DNA of 64,000 nucleotides from positions 992,001 through 1,056,000 of the forward strand of contig JAQGDQ010000018.1 of NCBI GenBank assembly GCA_030141605.1, given 5' to 3'. Below are positions 38,201 to 51,800 of the stretch, one piece after another. The translations under genes and the position numbers were made by a program. This stretch comes from Tubiluchus corallicola (Eukaryota; Animalia; Priapulida). Every line of letters begins with the position of its first letter. Positions within the stretch are counted from its first letter, which is position 1. A model generated the notes under the pieces. The model was not told the origin of the DNA and searched no databases. It was given only the letters and a program-made list of their open reading frames with translations.

Positions 38201-41200
38201 ATGGCTCTGCACTGCTTAATTACCATAGCCAAGCATTCCGTGCCCATTCAACTGTTTGCCTCATCTGAATTTTAGCTTCTTCTATAGTTATTCCAACATT
38301 ATACTAAATCGGATACCCCCAACAGGCTATTCTAATGTAATAATATATAGACATACTGCAATTAATTAATTAAATTAAAATCCCAATATTTCTTAATAGT
38401 TATTTCAAAATACAAGTACATTTTTTAACAGCAGAGTCAAATAAACACTAATATCTGCGTTTATTGCGTCTTCGCAACAATGAAATACAAATTCCATCTC
38501 AGTATACCATCGCGAACCAAAGCTTTTTATTTTGTTTCAGGTTTACTGAAAGCGTTATCCATTTGCATACCAAAGTTTTTAGAGGTTATTCGTGAGGATG
38601 AAGATAGGCTTGTTGTCATGGCAACATTAGAAACTATTGAGAGAATGCTCAAAAAGAGTGCACCAGCATTTACAGTTGATAGTAAATATGTGGACACCAT
38701 AACAAGTATGGTTAAGGACGTTTTACAATTAAAGGTAAGAATTTAGGTATTTACATATTAAAATACAATCTTATATTAAAGTCGCAGAGGCATAACAAAT
38801 GAGACAAGTGTAAATGCTATCACTGGCTACAACGGTCTGACAGTACAGTGGATGCCATTTATTAGACTCACGGTTAATAGAATTAATCGCTTAATTGACT
38901 CAGAAACATATGGTGTGGGCCACTCCTATTCACATAATTTACTTAATATCTTTGGTTTACGTACTTAAAAGAAGACATTTCTGTGTGATCACCAAACTTT
39001 TACCACTTTTATGTTATCTTTATTTTGCTTTTGTGCACTTTAATATACATATAAACAATTATATTAAGTTTCCTTTCGTTTGTAACAAGGTATGTTTATC
39101 AAGCACTAATACGCTATTGTTGCGGTTTTGCTTTGAATCTGTCACTGCTCGCTGCTGCAGTTAACCTCATTGCCCAAGAGCTTATGGAAGCTAAACTTTT
39201 AATCACATGTCTAGCGGTTTCCTTTTCCAGATCTTAGTGCTTTTCACAGAATGTTTAGTCAACTAACTGTTGCTGTTATGCTACTAATAAAAACCTAGCA
39301 GTCACCATACAATGTTACCACAAGAATAAAGTAGTACTTGAATTAACAGGCCCAATTGTTAGATAGTAAAATTGTAAAGTCATACTTATGAAAGTTAGTA
39401 TATAAAATATTCTTTCTTGCTTTCTTGATGTTCATGCCTTTATTTACACTGTACTGTTAATACATTTTGTGACATTGGTATTCTGTTTAGTAGTTGTTAC
39501 CACTTTGATAAGCTAAACTTTTGTATCTTGTAATAGCCAACTTCCACACAAGTATCTTTGGTAAACACACTTTTGCTGCCAGCAGGCATTGCACGTATGT
39601 ATTACTCCAGACACTGTACAAAGTCGAAATTAATACAATGGCATATGTAAAAAACCTTTTCAGTGTCTAAATAATCTGACTGTTGTAGGTGGCTTGTCAG
39701 TCTATTAGCAACGATGATGACGATGGAGATGACGATAATGATGAGCAAGCTGAATTTGACGGAATGTTGGTAGAATATGCAGGTGATATCATACCTGCCA
39801 TGGCTTCAGCAGTGGGCGGGGCAACATTTGCACCATACTTTGCCGGACTGCTGCAATTTCTTTTAGCAAAAACTGTAGGTATTCTTATTTTAGTTTAATA
39901 TCAAAATAGCATTGTTATTAATAGCATAGTATGCTTGACAGTATAATATACAAAATTATAAAGATTTTAAAATTTTATGATTGCTTTTTGTTTATACTGT
40001 TAATATTTTTTAGAGAAAGAACAAAACTGTCGCTGAGAAATCTTTTGCTGTGGGCACCCTTGCTGACACTGTGCTAGCTATGGATGTAGCGTGCAAACCA
40101 TTTGTGCAAGTACTATTACCTGTATTTAATAGTATGGTTTGGGAAGAACACCATGAAGTTAGGAGTAATGCGATATTTGGAATGGGTGTTTTGCTAGGTT
40201 GCGGCGGCGATGCCTCACTACCGTATCCTTTGTTTGATCCAGATTCAGATTTTAACTAAACATCATGTGATGTATCACAATATCAGTAGTCATTAAACAT
40301 GTTATGCCAGTAACAAAACGGAGAATCAGGAAAGGTGGAAACTGTCGAGAACATTTTTGAGTCAACAGATTTTGCCATAAACTACCTTAAGCTTTTGTCG
40401 AAGTGTGGTGCCAAATTGTGAACTGGTGATTGTGCATATAACGTATTGCTCCTTTTCTTTTTTTAGCATTTGGAAATGCACACATTGCCCAAAATATTTT
40501 TGCTAACTTGCAAAAGCCCAACCTATTCATTTATCCTTAGATAAAGAATGATGAAAAAACAATTTTCTTAACTTAATTATTTAGTCACTTTGCATCCTCA
40601 CTACAGACACTATATGGAGTATTTTTGAAGGAAAAGAATCCTCGAGCCATCGATAATATATGTGGTGCCTTGGCTAGGATGATTATGGCCTCTCCCACTA
40701 CTGTCCCGTTAAATGAAGTATGTTAAGCCAACTCCATTCATTGTGTTGCAAATCTTATATTTAAAAAGTTAGCTATACATATTTGGTTATATGCAAGCTA
40801 GGAATTGGGTTTAGCCTTGCAGCCTCAAATTATGCTTAATAGTTTTAAAAATTAAGTAAAATTTTTGCAAAAGTAAAAACTTGTGTAAAGGTAAATGTTA
40901 ATTTCAACATTAAGATGGTGTCGTGCTTATAATTATGATCTTAATGTCAAAATTAGTTAGAATCGCTCTAGTGTGAGCGATTTAACAATGGAATGATTAA
41001 TTTGGTTGGTCAGCTATAAAGGGAGAACTTTTGAACTACCTCAGCCCCTGGCAAATACTGTGGCTTGATTGTCTGAGATGTTTGCAATGTAAGCAAAGGG
41101 TCATTGGTTCAAATTCAGACTGCCTTCCATTTTTTCACATTTCCTGACTTTTAAGTTTGGCGTCAAAATTTAATTAATTGTGGCCTTCTATAACATAGTA

Positions 41201-44200
41201 CCAGCATGTAGTATTACAGTTGTACAACCAGAAGCAAATTTTATTTGCAATTAAAAACATAGAAGTGACACTTTATGTTTTGCGTTATATTTATTAACTT
41301 AATTCACACTTGAATTAGTTGAAGGTAACAAACAGAAACGTTAAGCAAAAAAAGAAAACATTTATTTATAATTCGAAATTTGTTTTGTATTGTGACTTCT
41401 TCACAAATTTGTTTATAGGTTATTGAACTATAGGGTATAGGGTACAGGTTATAGGTGGGAAGTTTCCCGCATTATGTGTAAACGACACCATTTGAAATAA
41501 CATAGAGGAATTAACAGCGGGAAACCTCGTGGTTTCTAAATAATTGATTGCGCAGTTTCTTGCTCTGATTATTCTTTATTCTTTGAGCGATTTCTTATAG
41601 AAACTGTGCAGTAAGAAACCAATCAGAAGTGGGCTTTGTTGATCAGGTGATAGATTATCAGCACCTCTCTCTCTCTCTCTCTCTCTCGCTCGCTCGCACG
41701 CACACACACACACTTCAGTCTGAGTCTTCTAGCACTTTCCCTTTGAGGGAAACTGCCCTATGTAAAAATGGGCCATAACTTTGAAATATTTGCAGTCATA
41801 ACTTTATTTACCTTTACATTTTATTTTTTGACAGGTGTTTCCATTCATGATTGAGTGCTTACCTCTTAAGGAAGATTTTGCAGAGAATAAGACAGTGCAT
41901 GAAAGTATTCTGACAGTTGCTTCTTTGGACAGCAACTCAGTGTTGCCTTATCTACCTAAGATTATTAGTGCTATAGCCCAGGGATTGGAAACAACTCAGC
42001 TCAATGAAGGTATGTAATTTTTATATATCTGCACCATTTAGCTGCCTTGAGTTTAATATCATAAATTTACTTTCAATAAGTTCTTGTATGCGTTTTGTTC
42101 AAGATATCTCGTATGTGATTCTCCTCTTTTACAGAAATCCTGTGTGTATTTCTCTCCAGAAAATCGTTTAATATTTTTCACCGCCTAAATAAATCCTTGT
42201 ATACGACTGCCCCAAAAAGGACGTCCTCCTGTATTAATCTTCCAGAGAGACCATTACTCTTATTCATGTTATTTTTTGGGGGGTAGTAGGAAGTTTAGGT
42301 GTTCAGGTACTATGTGCATTCATCATTTTAAAATTTAGTGTCAAGGAAAAATAATACGTAAATCTGTCCCTTTGCAATTTGACTGGTGTTATATGTATCT
42401 GTTGTTATTTGTCTCAGGTAAGTCGGTTGAATTCAAAGGTAATCGTTATCTTTTGTGTTTTATTTTGAAGAATTATTTCTCAAGATACAATAGGACTCAA
42501 ATACTTATAGTGAAATTTTGAACTAACAGAGTGACTTGCCTCCCATAAGGACTTTCGAGAGTACTTGCTACAATTGACGTCAAACAAAGTGTCAATCATT
42601 CTCAGTCAAGTTCTGCTGACTGACCAATCAGTGTGTATATTTTTCACCATGCACACAGAACCGGTTCATTACTTCGTCTTTCGGGACAAGAGCTCTACTA
42701 TATTCTTATGAAAAATGCTCAACTTTTCATAAATTTACGGGAGAGAAATCAGCCCGGTTTTAGATCTTATTACAGGATTGTCTGTATTGTCAATTCAAAT
42801 TGCAGGTGAATTAGTGGAAATATATAGTATAATTTCGTTTTTTATAGGAAGAAATGCGCAGCGTTTGAGTCTATGAGTTACTGATTTTGTTATTAATATA
42901 CTGCGCAGTTTAGTTTAGTGTACGACCTTGATAGCTAGATAAAGACAAGTATTAGCTTTGAAAAATATAAATTAACTTAACGAGGTTAAATAGGCCAATC
43001 TTATGACGCTGCTTTAGTGATCACAAATGTAAAATGGCCTACTTGAACAGAGGTGGCAATGAAATTTATAACTTTATATTGAAGCCCGAGTTGGCAGGTG
43101 TAAATGATTCAAGGTTAACATGCGTGTAAAAATTACAGAATAAGCACCTCTAAATAAGTTTTCGGTTGTAGGAATAATAAGGTTGTAGGAATGGCCAGTT
43201 AGCAATAGTTGAAACCCAGCAGCAGAGTTGAACTCATCTACGGGAATACGTGACAACTGTCAGGATTATGTTGTAAGCGAGCACACTCATAGGAATTCAC
43301 TTTCAGGCAAAATGTTTTCTTTTCTGGTCAGTTTTTATAAACCTCAATAAGTTCTTCACAGTCCAAATTAATTCAAATATGGTCAAAATTTATGTTATAT
43401 ATCAACGTAAAATTTGTATCCTGAAATAGTCAATTTTATGCTAAATGTGGATAACTGCTTGCAAACGACACATTTAAACGATTAGTTAAAATTAGAAAAA
43501 ATACGTCGCAGGTATGATGTGTTTGTATATTCAAAGGCAAAAGAGACTTTCGTAAATATATTTTGTTGTCCATTTATTGTAAAGGAAGGCTAACTGGCTT
43601 AGTTTCTTTATTATACTTGTCTCTACATTTTGAAGTGCTTTGAAACTTCTCAACATTTTGTTTAAATTGAAAAGTCATTTTTTGGCTACTTGAAGTGTTA
43701 ATTTCGTGTAAAAATAGCCGGTACTCTGCAAATTTATGTTTATGAAAAAGTGCAATCAGTTTATATGCTGATTAGACATTAGTTGTGATTGTCATGTTGT
43801 TTAGTTCAGTCTTGACATTTGTTGTCCAGCGTGGGCTGATGTCCTCAATGCCGCTGAGTGTGCTTACGTTACAGCGGAGCGGAGCGGAGCGATAGACCAA
43901 TATGTTTGACGTCAATTGTTACCATTGTGTTTAGTCAGAGTGTTTTCAAATGAACTTTGCACAACTTTGTGATCATGTATGAGCTAATATAAATACAATA
44001 CTAGAACAGTAAAATACCTAAATGCTAGAAAACTACATTGTGAATGATTTTTAAACTACTTTTTTGTATATTAAATATTGGTAAGACTATTGTGCTTATA
44101 AAAAGCTTTTTTTACTTTTAGAGTCAAAACCCATAGCAGTAGAATTGCTAAAGAGTTTTCGCCAAAAACATCAACCGGAATATGAAAAAGCTGTTAATTT

Positions 44201-44246
44201 GTTACCACCTGATTTGACTGCAAAACTGAAATCTGCGACTATGTGA
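20258..44246 (+). CDS. IPO4: Importin-4 (karyopherin beta, HEAT repeats), 27 exons, 1078 aa
   Basis: Exons: 20258-20326, 22725-22811, 23666-23751, 24018-24059, 25172-25304, 25607-25743, 26193-26235, 26578-26745, 28875-28958, 29101-29232, 31734-31787, 31981-32090, 33067-33175, 33300-33438, 34774-34887, 35315-35431, 35791-35914, 36506-36617, 36743-36855, 37138-37215, 37903-38066, 38541-38734, 39689-39874, 40014-40222, 40585-40717, 41835-42009, 44122-44246. They join into one open frame of 3237 nt. Motifs typical of IPO4 include LLVPDN, IRQYAA, LALHLPP, DDPDLRRCTY, VENAYLEEKEDTC, EKSFAVGTLA, VRSNAIFGMGVL, DNICGALAR and LPLKED. Confidence 0.96.
20783..21913. mobile_element. Probable degenerate hAT-type MITE in IPO4 intron 1
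   Basis: The ends resemble CAGGGTTGCCA...TGGCAACCCTG (TTTGCCAGG at left, ATGGCAGCCGTG at right). CGGGAAA/CGGAC subterminal motifs occur at both ends. No TSD is recognisable. Confidence 0.45.
22009..22661. mobile_element. Probable hAT-type MITE in IPO4 intron 1
   Basis: Degenerate TIRs CACAGGCGTAG / CTATGCCATTG, with GC-rich CCCCGGGC subterminal motifs at both ends. Confidence 0.5.
28050..28179. mobile_element. TATCG-rich MITE end
   Basis: Clustered TATCG/TATTG motifs end in CATCACTA, the reverse complement of a hAT-like TAGTGATG terminus. Confidence 0.4.
28959..29100 (+). other. GC-AG intron (IPO4 intron 9)
   Basis: The donor AAG|GCAAGT matches the consensus except at +2. Splicing here joins VAKVKKK to ALIKQKL, matching VKVKSK-ALLKNRL of IPO4 homologues. 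Confidence 0.88.
30347..31390. mobile_element. Foldback-like element whose long inverted termini are built from AAAAATGGCAC subrepeats (IPO4 intron 10)
   Basis: About eight (A)AAATGGCA units at 30350-30560 and about five TGCCATTT units at 31293-31390. The two arrays align as reverse complements (AAAATGGCACAGGAAAAATGGCAYAAATGGAAAAGTAGGTAAAAATGG). Confidence 0.8.
32194..32338. repeat. 55-bp direct duplication with a templated spacer (IPO4 intron 12)
   Basis: 32194-32248 and 32284-32338 differ by one base. 32264-32289 is identical to 32673-32698. Confidence 0.9.
33660..34537 (+). mobile_element. pogo/Tigger-derived MITE, copy 2 (IPO4 intron 14)
   Basis: TA-CAGTAAATGCGTTTATTAGACTCACGG...GTGAGTCTATTAAGCGGCACCTACTG-TA, colinear with 9599-10595. 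Confidence 0.88.
38846..39285 (+). mobile_element. pogo/Tigger-derived MITE, copy 3, right end missing (IPO4 intron 22)
   Basis: TA-CAGTGGATGCCATTTATTAGACTCACGGTTAATAG..., colinear with the left half of copies 1 and 2. Confidence 0.82.
40223..40584 (+). other. U12-type GT-AG intron (IPO4 intron 24)
   Basis: The 5' splice site is GTATCCTTT. Branch site TTTTCTTAAC at 40563-40572 lies 12 nt before the intron end, with no polypyrimidine tract after it. Confidence 0.93.
41053..41125 (+). pseudogene. tRNA-like relic (tRNA pseudogene or SINE head, anticodon TGT)
   Basis: A-box-like TGGCTTGATTG, anticodon arm TTTGC-AATGTAA-GCAAA and B-box-like GGTTCAAATTC occur at tRNA spacing. The acceptor and T stems pair poorly. 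Confidence 0.45.
41664..41712. repeat. Compound microsatellite (CT)n(CGCT)n(CA)n
   Basis: Directly visible in the sequence. Confidence 0.9.
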
Positions 44247-44626
44247 GGGCTGACTTTGAGTTCAAACTGTCAGACATTATAGATCTGAGGTGCTATTATC
44301 ATACATAAACCAAAACTTGAAAGCAATCTCATAGAGACGTGCATTGTATCTTGTTAGTTTTTCATCTCTTTGCATGTTGTTTATGTTCTTATAGTAGTTT
44401 TAAAACGGTTATTATAAAATTGAACTATACAGGGTTTAGTATTTTTTAGTGTTTGAAGTAATTAGGTCAACAAGTTGTCATATCAGTACTTTCAATCTGT
44501 TATTGACATTATTGTATACATGTCATTTTTTGTAATTCTTAAAGGCTGTTATTGTTAATGTTATTATGTTATTTGTAATTTTTCTCATGCATTTTAAATA
44601 TTTTCAGAAAACACAAGTTAGTGTTC

Positions 44627-44632
44627 AATAAA
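44627..44632 (+). terminator. Probable IPO4 polyadenylation signal AATAAA
   Basis: Canonical hexamer about 380 nt after the stop codon, followed by T-rich sequence. Confidence 0.55.
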
Positions 44633-45234
44633 GTAATAGTTAATTTTTTTCATAAAGCACTGGATAAAGCTTTTTGCTAATTGTGAAGTAATTTAAAAGT
44701 TTGTTTTTTACAAATGACAAGAGATTGAAAGCTTTAATTTGCTTGACAAAGCAAAAATTATGGGACAAAGTTGTAGGACAACCACACGACCATAATCAAA
44801 ACTTTGCAGAATTTACGACTTCATTAAACAGTGGAGGCAAGAAACAAGGAGTCATTATTGCAGAGACATAATTGGAAATGTGCAGTTAGGTTTGTTACAC
44901 TAATTTCCTGCACGCTCGTTCACAGTTTGAAATCAGATATGATAACATACTACAGACTAAATTTTAATTCTGTCTGCTAGTTTTACAAATAATAAATATA
45001 AGAGCACCAGCAAAGCATCAATTGTGACTGACACCTGAAAGAGGGAAACATGAAATGATGCTGAGGAAGGAGCCAAACTTTTGCACATGGAGGTGAGTGC
45101 CTTTTGCAACATAATCTTATTTTACTTAGGCCTGAAATGTATCTGTTTTTTTTTTCAATTCTTTTGTATTTATTACTCTGTAGGCCTACTGCATATGTGA
45201 GACTTAGATGTAGCATAAAGGAACTTTAAGAATG

Positions 45235-45671
<437 letters not shown>

Positions 45672-48341
45672 GTAAAAGGAAAAATTATCTGCGGTAGTGC
45701 TTTGCTGCATAGATCCAAAAATAAAAGAAGTATCTCGACTGCTTGTGCCTTACAGTACATGGGAAAGGCAACACTGGTTGTTGTTCTCAACTCTAGTTGT
45801 AGTTCATTGGGTGGTCCCAGAAGTAAGTGAAGTATCATCACTGCTAACGAATGCTTGTTTTTCGTAGAGATCTTTTGGTAAACATTTTCAGTCTTCCGTT
45901 TTTGTTAGAAACTTAGAACTTAGCATTTTTGTGTTTTTTAACTAACTTTATATGTACAATTGAAGTGTAACTGTCAGGACTTAGTAACTACAAAGTTACT
46001 TGTAACGTCTGTTTTGCTTCATGTAATTCTTGGCAGCCTGTCAAGATTGTTGAGTAGCAATTTGGAGTAACTAAATCACGCTGTTTTAGGGCAAAGTTGC
46101 ATGATATGAATGAGCCATTATTTTGCAGTTTCAGCATTCTACTCAAAATTTATTATATAAACGAGTCGTTTTAGACGGAATGATGTTTTTAAATTTTAGT
46201 TTGTATCCTAACAAATAAATGGCTATACTACCGATAGATGGCGCAACAAGCACAGCGTATTAGGTAGTGCAACAGGTAGAAGACTGTCTGAATCAGATTG
46301 CAAGCTTGTAATATACTAGTTTTTTCCAAGGTTAGCAAAAGTTTTTAAAATGTAACGTATATACTGTACGATCTACCATGACAGCATAACCGTAAAATCA
46401 TTATTATCACTTTGTTTCTAAAGAGAATGGGATACTGTGATTTGTAACTGAGAAATTTTATACGTAAAAATTCGTGTATTAACCGGATTTTGCCAAAAGC
46501 CTCGTGGTTTCATAACACCTGCCTTCAGTAGTCATTTTTTAAATAAACAATCAGTAACCAGTTAACAAAATTTAGTTTGAATGATGGTGCAGCTTTGGAT
46601 TCCGTTTCGCAGAAGAAGAAAATTGGGAAAAATGAGTTAAGCATGCCTTGATTTACGATTACCAATCAGTTTTTATCATTAATTAAAAATAGACCTCATA
46701 TCTTATCCCATGCACTCCTCCTCATGCAAGTGAAACTATGCTGCATTAACAAGAAATGTTCGAAGTTTGATGATGATGCTTGGCAAGGCGGCAAGAGCCC
46801 CCGAGTTGAACCAATAATTCAAGCATTATTTGAGACAAACTTTGCAATCAAATTTCAATAAAGCCGGTCACAATGGATGAAGACAAAATGCTGAGTCAAT
46901 ACTTTTGTCTGTAGACGAAAAAACGGCGGATCTATATACACATCGATAATTTGTGAAAAACTTATAAAAGATGTTAAAACGTACTAAAAATTTTTCCTCT
47001 TAAATTCAAAACTGCGTTGGTGCATCGTGTCGGGATTAGTTGTATTTTGCTTGAAATGATTAATTCATGATCGATAATCGTTGAATAGTCAATAACAAAA
47101 CAACAAATCAATTTATATTTGTCATGTGAAAGAAAACACTGTTTCGGATGGGCTGCCATCGTTTAACTGCCGAGAATATAAAAACCTTTTTGACACTAGT
47201 GACCGCAAATTTGTATCCATCCAAGACCAATAATTGGTAATCGATAAAAGGCGACAAAATTCCCAGAGGTTTGCCCAAATGTTTGTCACATTACGGTACA
47301 TTTTGATCTGCAACTCCAAAACGACTTGACAATTGTGTGTGCCCAGATTATTATTCTAATTATGTTGACTGTGATTTATAATAAATATTTCCTGAAGTTT
47401 TATCATGCCAAGGGCCTTTAAGATACTTTTTCATTGTCATCAAAATTTTATGATCGATTATTGTTGTCATCTTTGACATGATCATGATGAATTAAAATTA
47501 TTATCTGTCAAATACAGTCTCAACAGAAAATCATTTAAGTTCATTTCAGTGTTGTACATGTTTGGGGTTATGTTATAATCAAATTGAGATTAGCTTGCTG
47601 GTAGGGCGTGCTGGTTTAGCACTTTGACACTAAACGTATAAGATGATTAATCACGAAAATTATGTATTGACATATACAAGAAAAGAACCAAAATAAATAT
47701 GCATTGCATTAATTCTGTAGAACTAATATAGGCGGAACTGCGCATTTCAAGAGCGCTCTTTTAAAAATACCGGATTTCTAATTCCGGGGCAAGACGGTGT
47801 TACAGGTATTAAAATATTTGTCTGACTGCTAGTTTTTGGACTTCTTACTATTTTTTCTATTCTAGTTTGAAACTCATTAATGTTATAATGTATTGCCTTG
47901 AGCTAAGTACGTAACTCGTCTTTTGTTAAATAAAATACTAGTCCCCAGTAGAATGTAATACAATTAACAGAAAATGTACGACCTTTAGTGAGGAGTATGT
48001 TACGTCTTGATAACCATTAACTTGTCAGTGGCTGCTCCACGGAGAATATCCACTGTACTTACGACAGACGGTTTGGGAAACATCCAGAAACCCATCGGTT
48101 TAGTTCTAGGTGTTCTTGGATTTTATGTAACTGACCACGCAATGTCTTCCAATGAGTACTTGAATATCTCTGTGTCAGTGCTAAATTATCACAGTCAAAT
48201 GATATCCAAGCACTCATTGGAAGACGTTACAGCTAAATGTGATACGGGGGATTTGTCTAGAAGCATTACGGCCATTACGGGGATTATTGAGAATTTATCT
48301 ACCCGCTATGAGCTTCTTGCACTCTGTCTGTGTCGGTTTGC

Positions 48342-48372
48342 TATAAAAATTAATTACACAGCGTGGCAGTTG
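48342..48372 (+). promoter_or_regulatory. Candidate teashirt core promoter: TATAAAA plus Inr-like GCAGTT
   Basis: TATAAAA at 48342-48348 has an initiator-like motif about 26 nt downstream and lies about 280 nt before the ATG. Confidence 0.45.
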
Positions 48373-48620
48373 CAGCTCTGAGAGTTCCATACAAATGAAC
48401 GTATCTGCCCCTGTCATTAAGATTTATTGGTGGGCTGGTCCTGCAAGCTTCAGACTTTACACGTAGAGCGCTGTCGACGCGTTGTGTTGTTGTCTGTGTG
48501 TGCATGCTAAGCGGTGGAGGATTCTTTCCTCGTGTTTATGTGAGTCGCACACGTGTAAGTGAGAATTACCTGTACCCATGTGTCGCATCTTTAGGATTAC
48601 TGTATTTTTGTGTAGCTACG

Positions 48621-48784
48621 ATGACACGACGGAAACAGGAATGTCCTAAAAGACTAAAATGTGAGTTTGTTGTTACAGTCAAAAACTTTTGGTGGGAAAT
48701 GTGCAGTGCGTAAATGACAGCCTAGCGTTGGAGACAGAATGATTATGTATTGAATTATTAAAAATGACAGTATATACATAACAA

Positions 48785-48831
<47 letters not shown>

Positions 48832-48858
48832 AGTATATATATTTGTAACTTTTTCGCT

Positions 48859-48889
<31 letters not shown>

Positions 48890-51800
48890 GCGAAAAAGTT
48901 ACAAATAGCTTCCTAAGTTTTTACTGAGCTTCGGCTATAAATTCCGTATAATACACATAGGCGAGTTTAGTGTTTGTCGGCTGTTATCGTGAACTTGTTG
49001 TCATATTGTCATATTATCAAAATCTTGTTTTGTTGAGTTTTCGCTTATCGGAAAGTATAGGCATATATGTACAAGTATAATAATGAAATGTGTTCATTAC
49101 TTTATCACTGTAGTTGCTCATTTTCCTCAACGGACGATTGCAGAGTAATTAATCTGATCTGTTTGTGTGTACTTTTCTTCGGTATGGTTAGATTTTGGGG
49201 ACAAAGGGTCTGCACTAGAGGTCAAAGGTTAGTTTTTCACAACTATTGTGTAGCGTGTGTAGTGTGTTAAACGACAGTATGATACACGCAATTAATAATA
49301 CAAGCATCTAGGAGAGCATATAATATATTTCAAGGTCAACTTGGTAGTCACGAGATTTAAGTGTATTATAACTTGAAACTAGCTAGAAATGTTTGTGTTT
49401 ACGGAAAAACACCGATGTTATTGCAGTCACAGAATTTGACCTACACCTGATCTGTTGTTTTCTTGTATTACATTGTTTTCTTGTAAACCAAAGCAAAGAT
49501 ATCTTTACTTGATAATTTTATTTGTAGAACTATGTTTATTAGATTTATTTTTGTTAATCGATTAAATAACTAGGTCAAGGGAAAGAACCGATGAACATGT
49601 TTCTGTTTAGTGATTGATTCATTCTCAAAAATTTCTAAAGAAATAATTAAAATTTCTAGTATTTTTTTCTATTATTAAATCTTATACTGATGTGACTGCG
49701 TTGCATTGAATTGTTTCCTGGTTTCACAGTTTACATTCCAAACACTGATGTTGCAAAGCGTTCTCTACGTGTGCAGGCTATTTTTAATTAGCTATATGCA
49801 ATCGAACATTTATACCTTTACAGCACCAATCTTGTCGGCTGGGGTAAGAAAAAGTAAGGGTTAAGAAACGATGTGCCTAGAAACTCTCGTGATATTTTTG
49901 TACAGCTTAACCGATTGCAAAGCACTATCTAGCTCTTGTTGGCTATGTCTAGTAATGTTATGCTTGTGTCGAAGCCAGGTCTTACGTCGATAAAATGAGA
50001 CACAGAATTGGAGGAAGTATCTTATGTACGTTCGTCTCCCCATAAACGGCAATCGGCTGTTGAAACTCGACTTTTTGTCGACGGCCACCTATCCATTTAC
50101 TAACTCACCCAACCATCATAACCAAAACATGCACGTTAAATAAATTAGTAGTGTTGCAGTAGTGGTGAGCACAAGCTAATGTCAAGTTTATAAAGTGTTT
50201 GTAAATGAAAACATGAAGTTTTTGCTGTACTGAGCACTCGCACAGCTTTTCATTTGTTTTAGTAGCAGTCTGTAAGCACACCAAGAGTTATGCGTCACCT
50301 GTCGTTACATGCAAGAGTAAATTTTACAGAAAGCAACTTGACTATAATGTACCTTAGTTCTTTTACAAGCGTCGTGTACTTAGTTGTTTTTTAGATCTAG
50401 TTTGTTTGCGAAATGGATTGCGTCCGAGGGACAAAACAAACAATACGTAGAAGCGATGGAAACTTAGGAAAAAACTTCATGCTAATGAAATGGACAGTTA
50501 ATAAAGCAAGCCCATAGTGCTGGTTTAATGTATTAAAGTTCTTGTTATTTTAGGATGTTTTTAATTACGTCAGACGCGTTTACGCAACAAATTACGTTTT
50601 TAGTAAGAGTGATATTCGTGTAATGACGTGTGCATCGTTATTTGAACGATTTCTCCTTGAGCTGAGGATTTGACAGTTGCTGCTGCTGTAGCTGTTCAGC
50701 ATCATTCTCAGCTTCCCATGATGGACAGCTTGTCACAGAGAGATGCAAACTGCACAACGTATCCGCATTTAGCTGCAATAACGACCATAATCAATCATGT
50801 AGCAATGAACTCTCTCTGACACGAGGGAGGTCCCAGTTCCGGTGAAGCTGCACGTACTTTGGTAGAGGGGGAGTACTTAAGCTTGACCTTGGCATTTCAG
50901 TAGCTTGCCATCCCAACGATGGAACACACACCCTCTCCACCACGTTTAATTTTACACGTTGTAGGTTTTTGCGATAATAGTAATTTCAGCTGTAGGTTCT
51001 GTCAACGGTTTTAGTTTCAGTTCGCAAAGACAATTAATATAATTATAATAGTCGACGAAAAAAAGCAAAATCACACAATTTCAAAAGGAAATTAATGTGT
51101 CCATGCATCAAAACAATGTCATATGCATTGATCAATGGCAGTTTTATGTAAATTGAACGGTTAAAAGCACTTAGATTGTTTGAAATTCACAATGGCCGAC
51201 CTGCGACATTTGTCATGTGTAAATTTAGAGCCAAAGTCTGTATTGTTTTCGGGTTTTCTGGGAAACCTATTTGAATTTTTATTGATTTTGGTTTATTTCT
51301 AAACTTGGACAAGTATGCGGTTGGCTTTACAATGCCTTCGATAGCATTGATTCAGGGAGAATTCCAATCTTATTAAATCGGTTACCTGGAATAGACGTTT
51401 TTTCAGTTTCAATCGCGACTTTAAACCGCGTGTGAATATTGGTTTTCCGTGAATGCAGACATGCAACACGTAGCTTTACGTGTGAGTTCTGAGATATGTT
51501 GAATGTAAGGTGTAATGATAAGCTCGTGTCGGTATTGCTTATTAATTTCTAGAAGCAATTACCAACAAAATTTAGATATTAAAGGTATTCCTAAAAATAA
51601 GTTAAAGAAGTGCAACTATGATTTTATTGCTAGGACGGTAAGCAACAGGTTATGTTCTTGGTTTCTGCGAGTGTTTAAAGTAATTACCAATAAATTTTGG
51701 AATTAAGTGTTTGTTTTGGAATTACTATTTTTTCACTATGTTTAGTATGTGTAACATTGACATTGTTATTTTAGTATTCACTAGGCAATGCTTGAAACGA

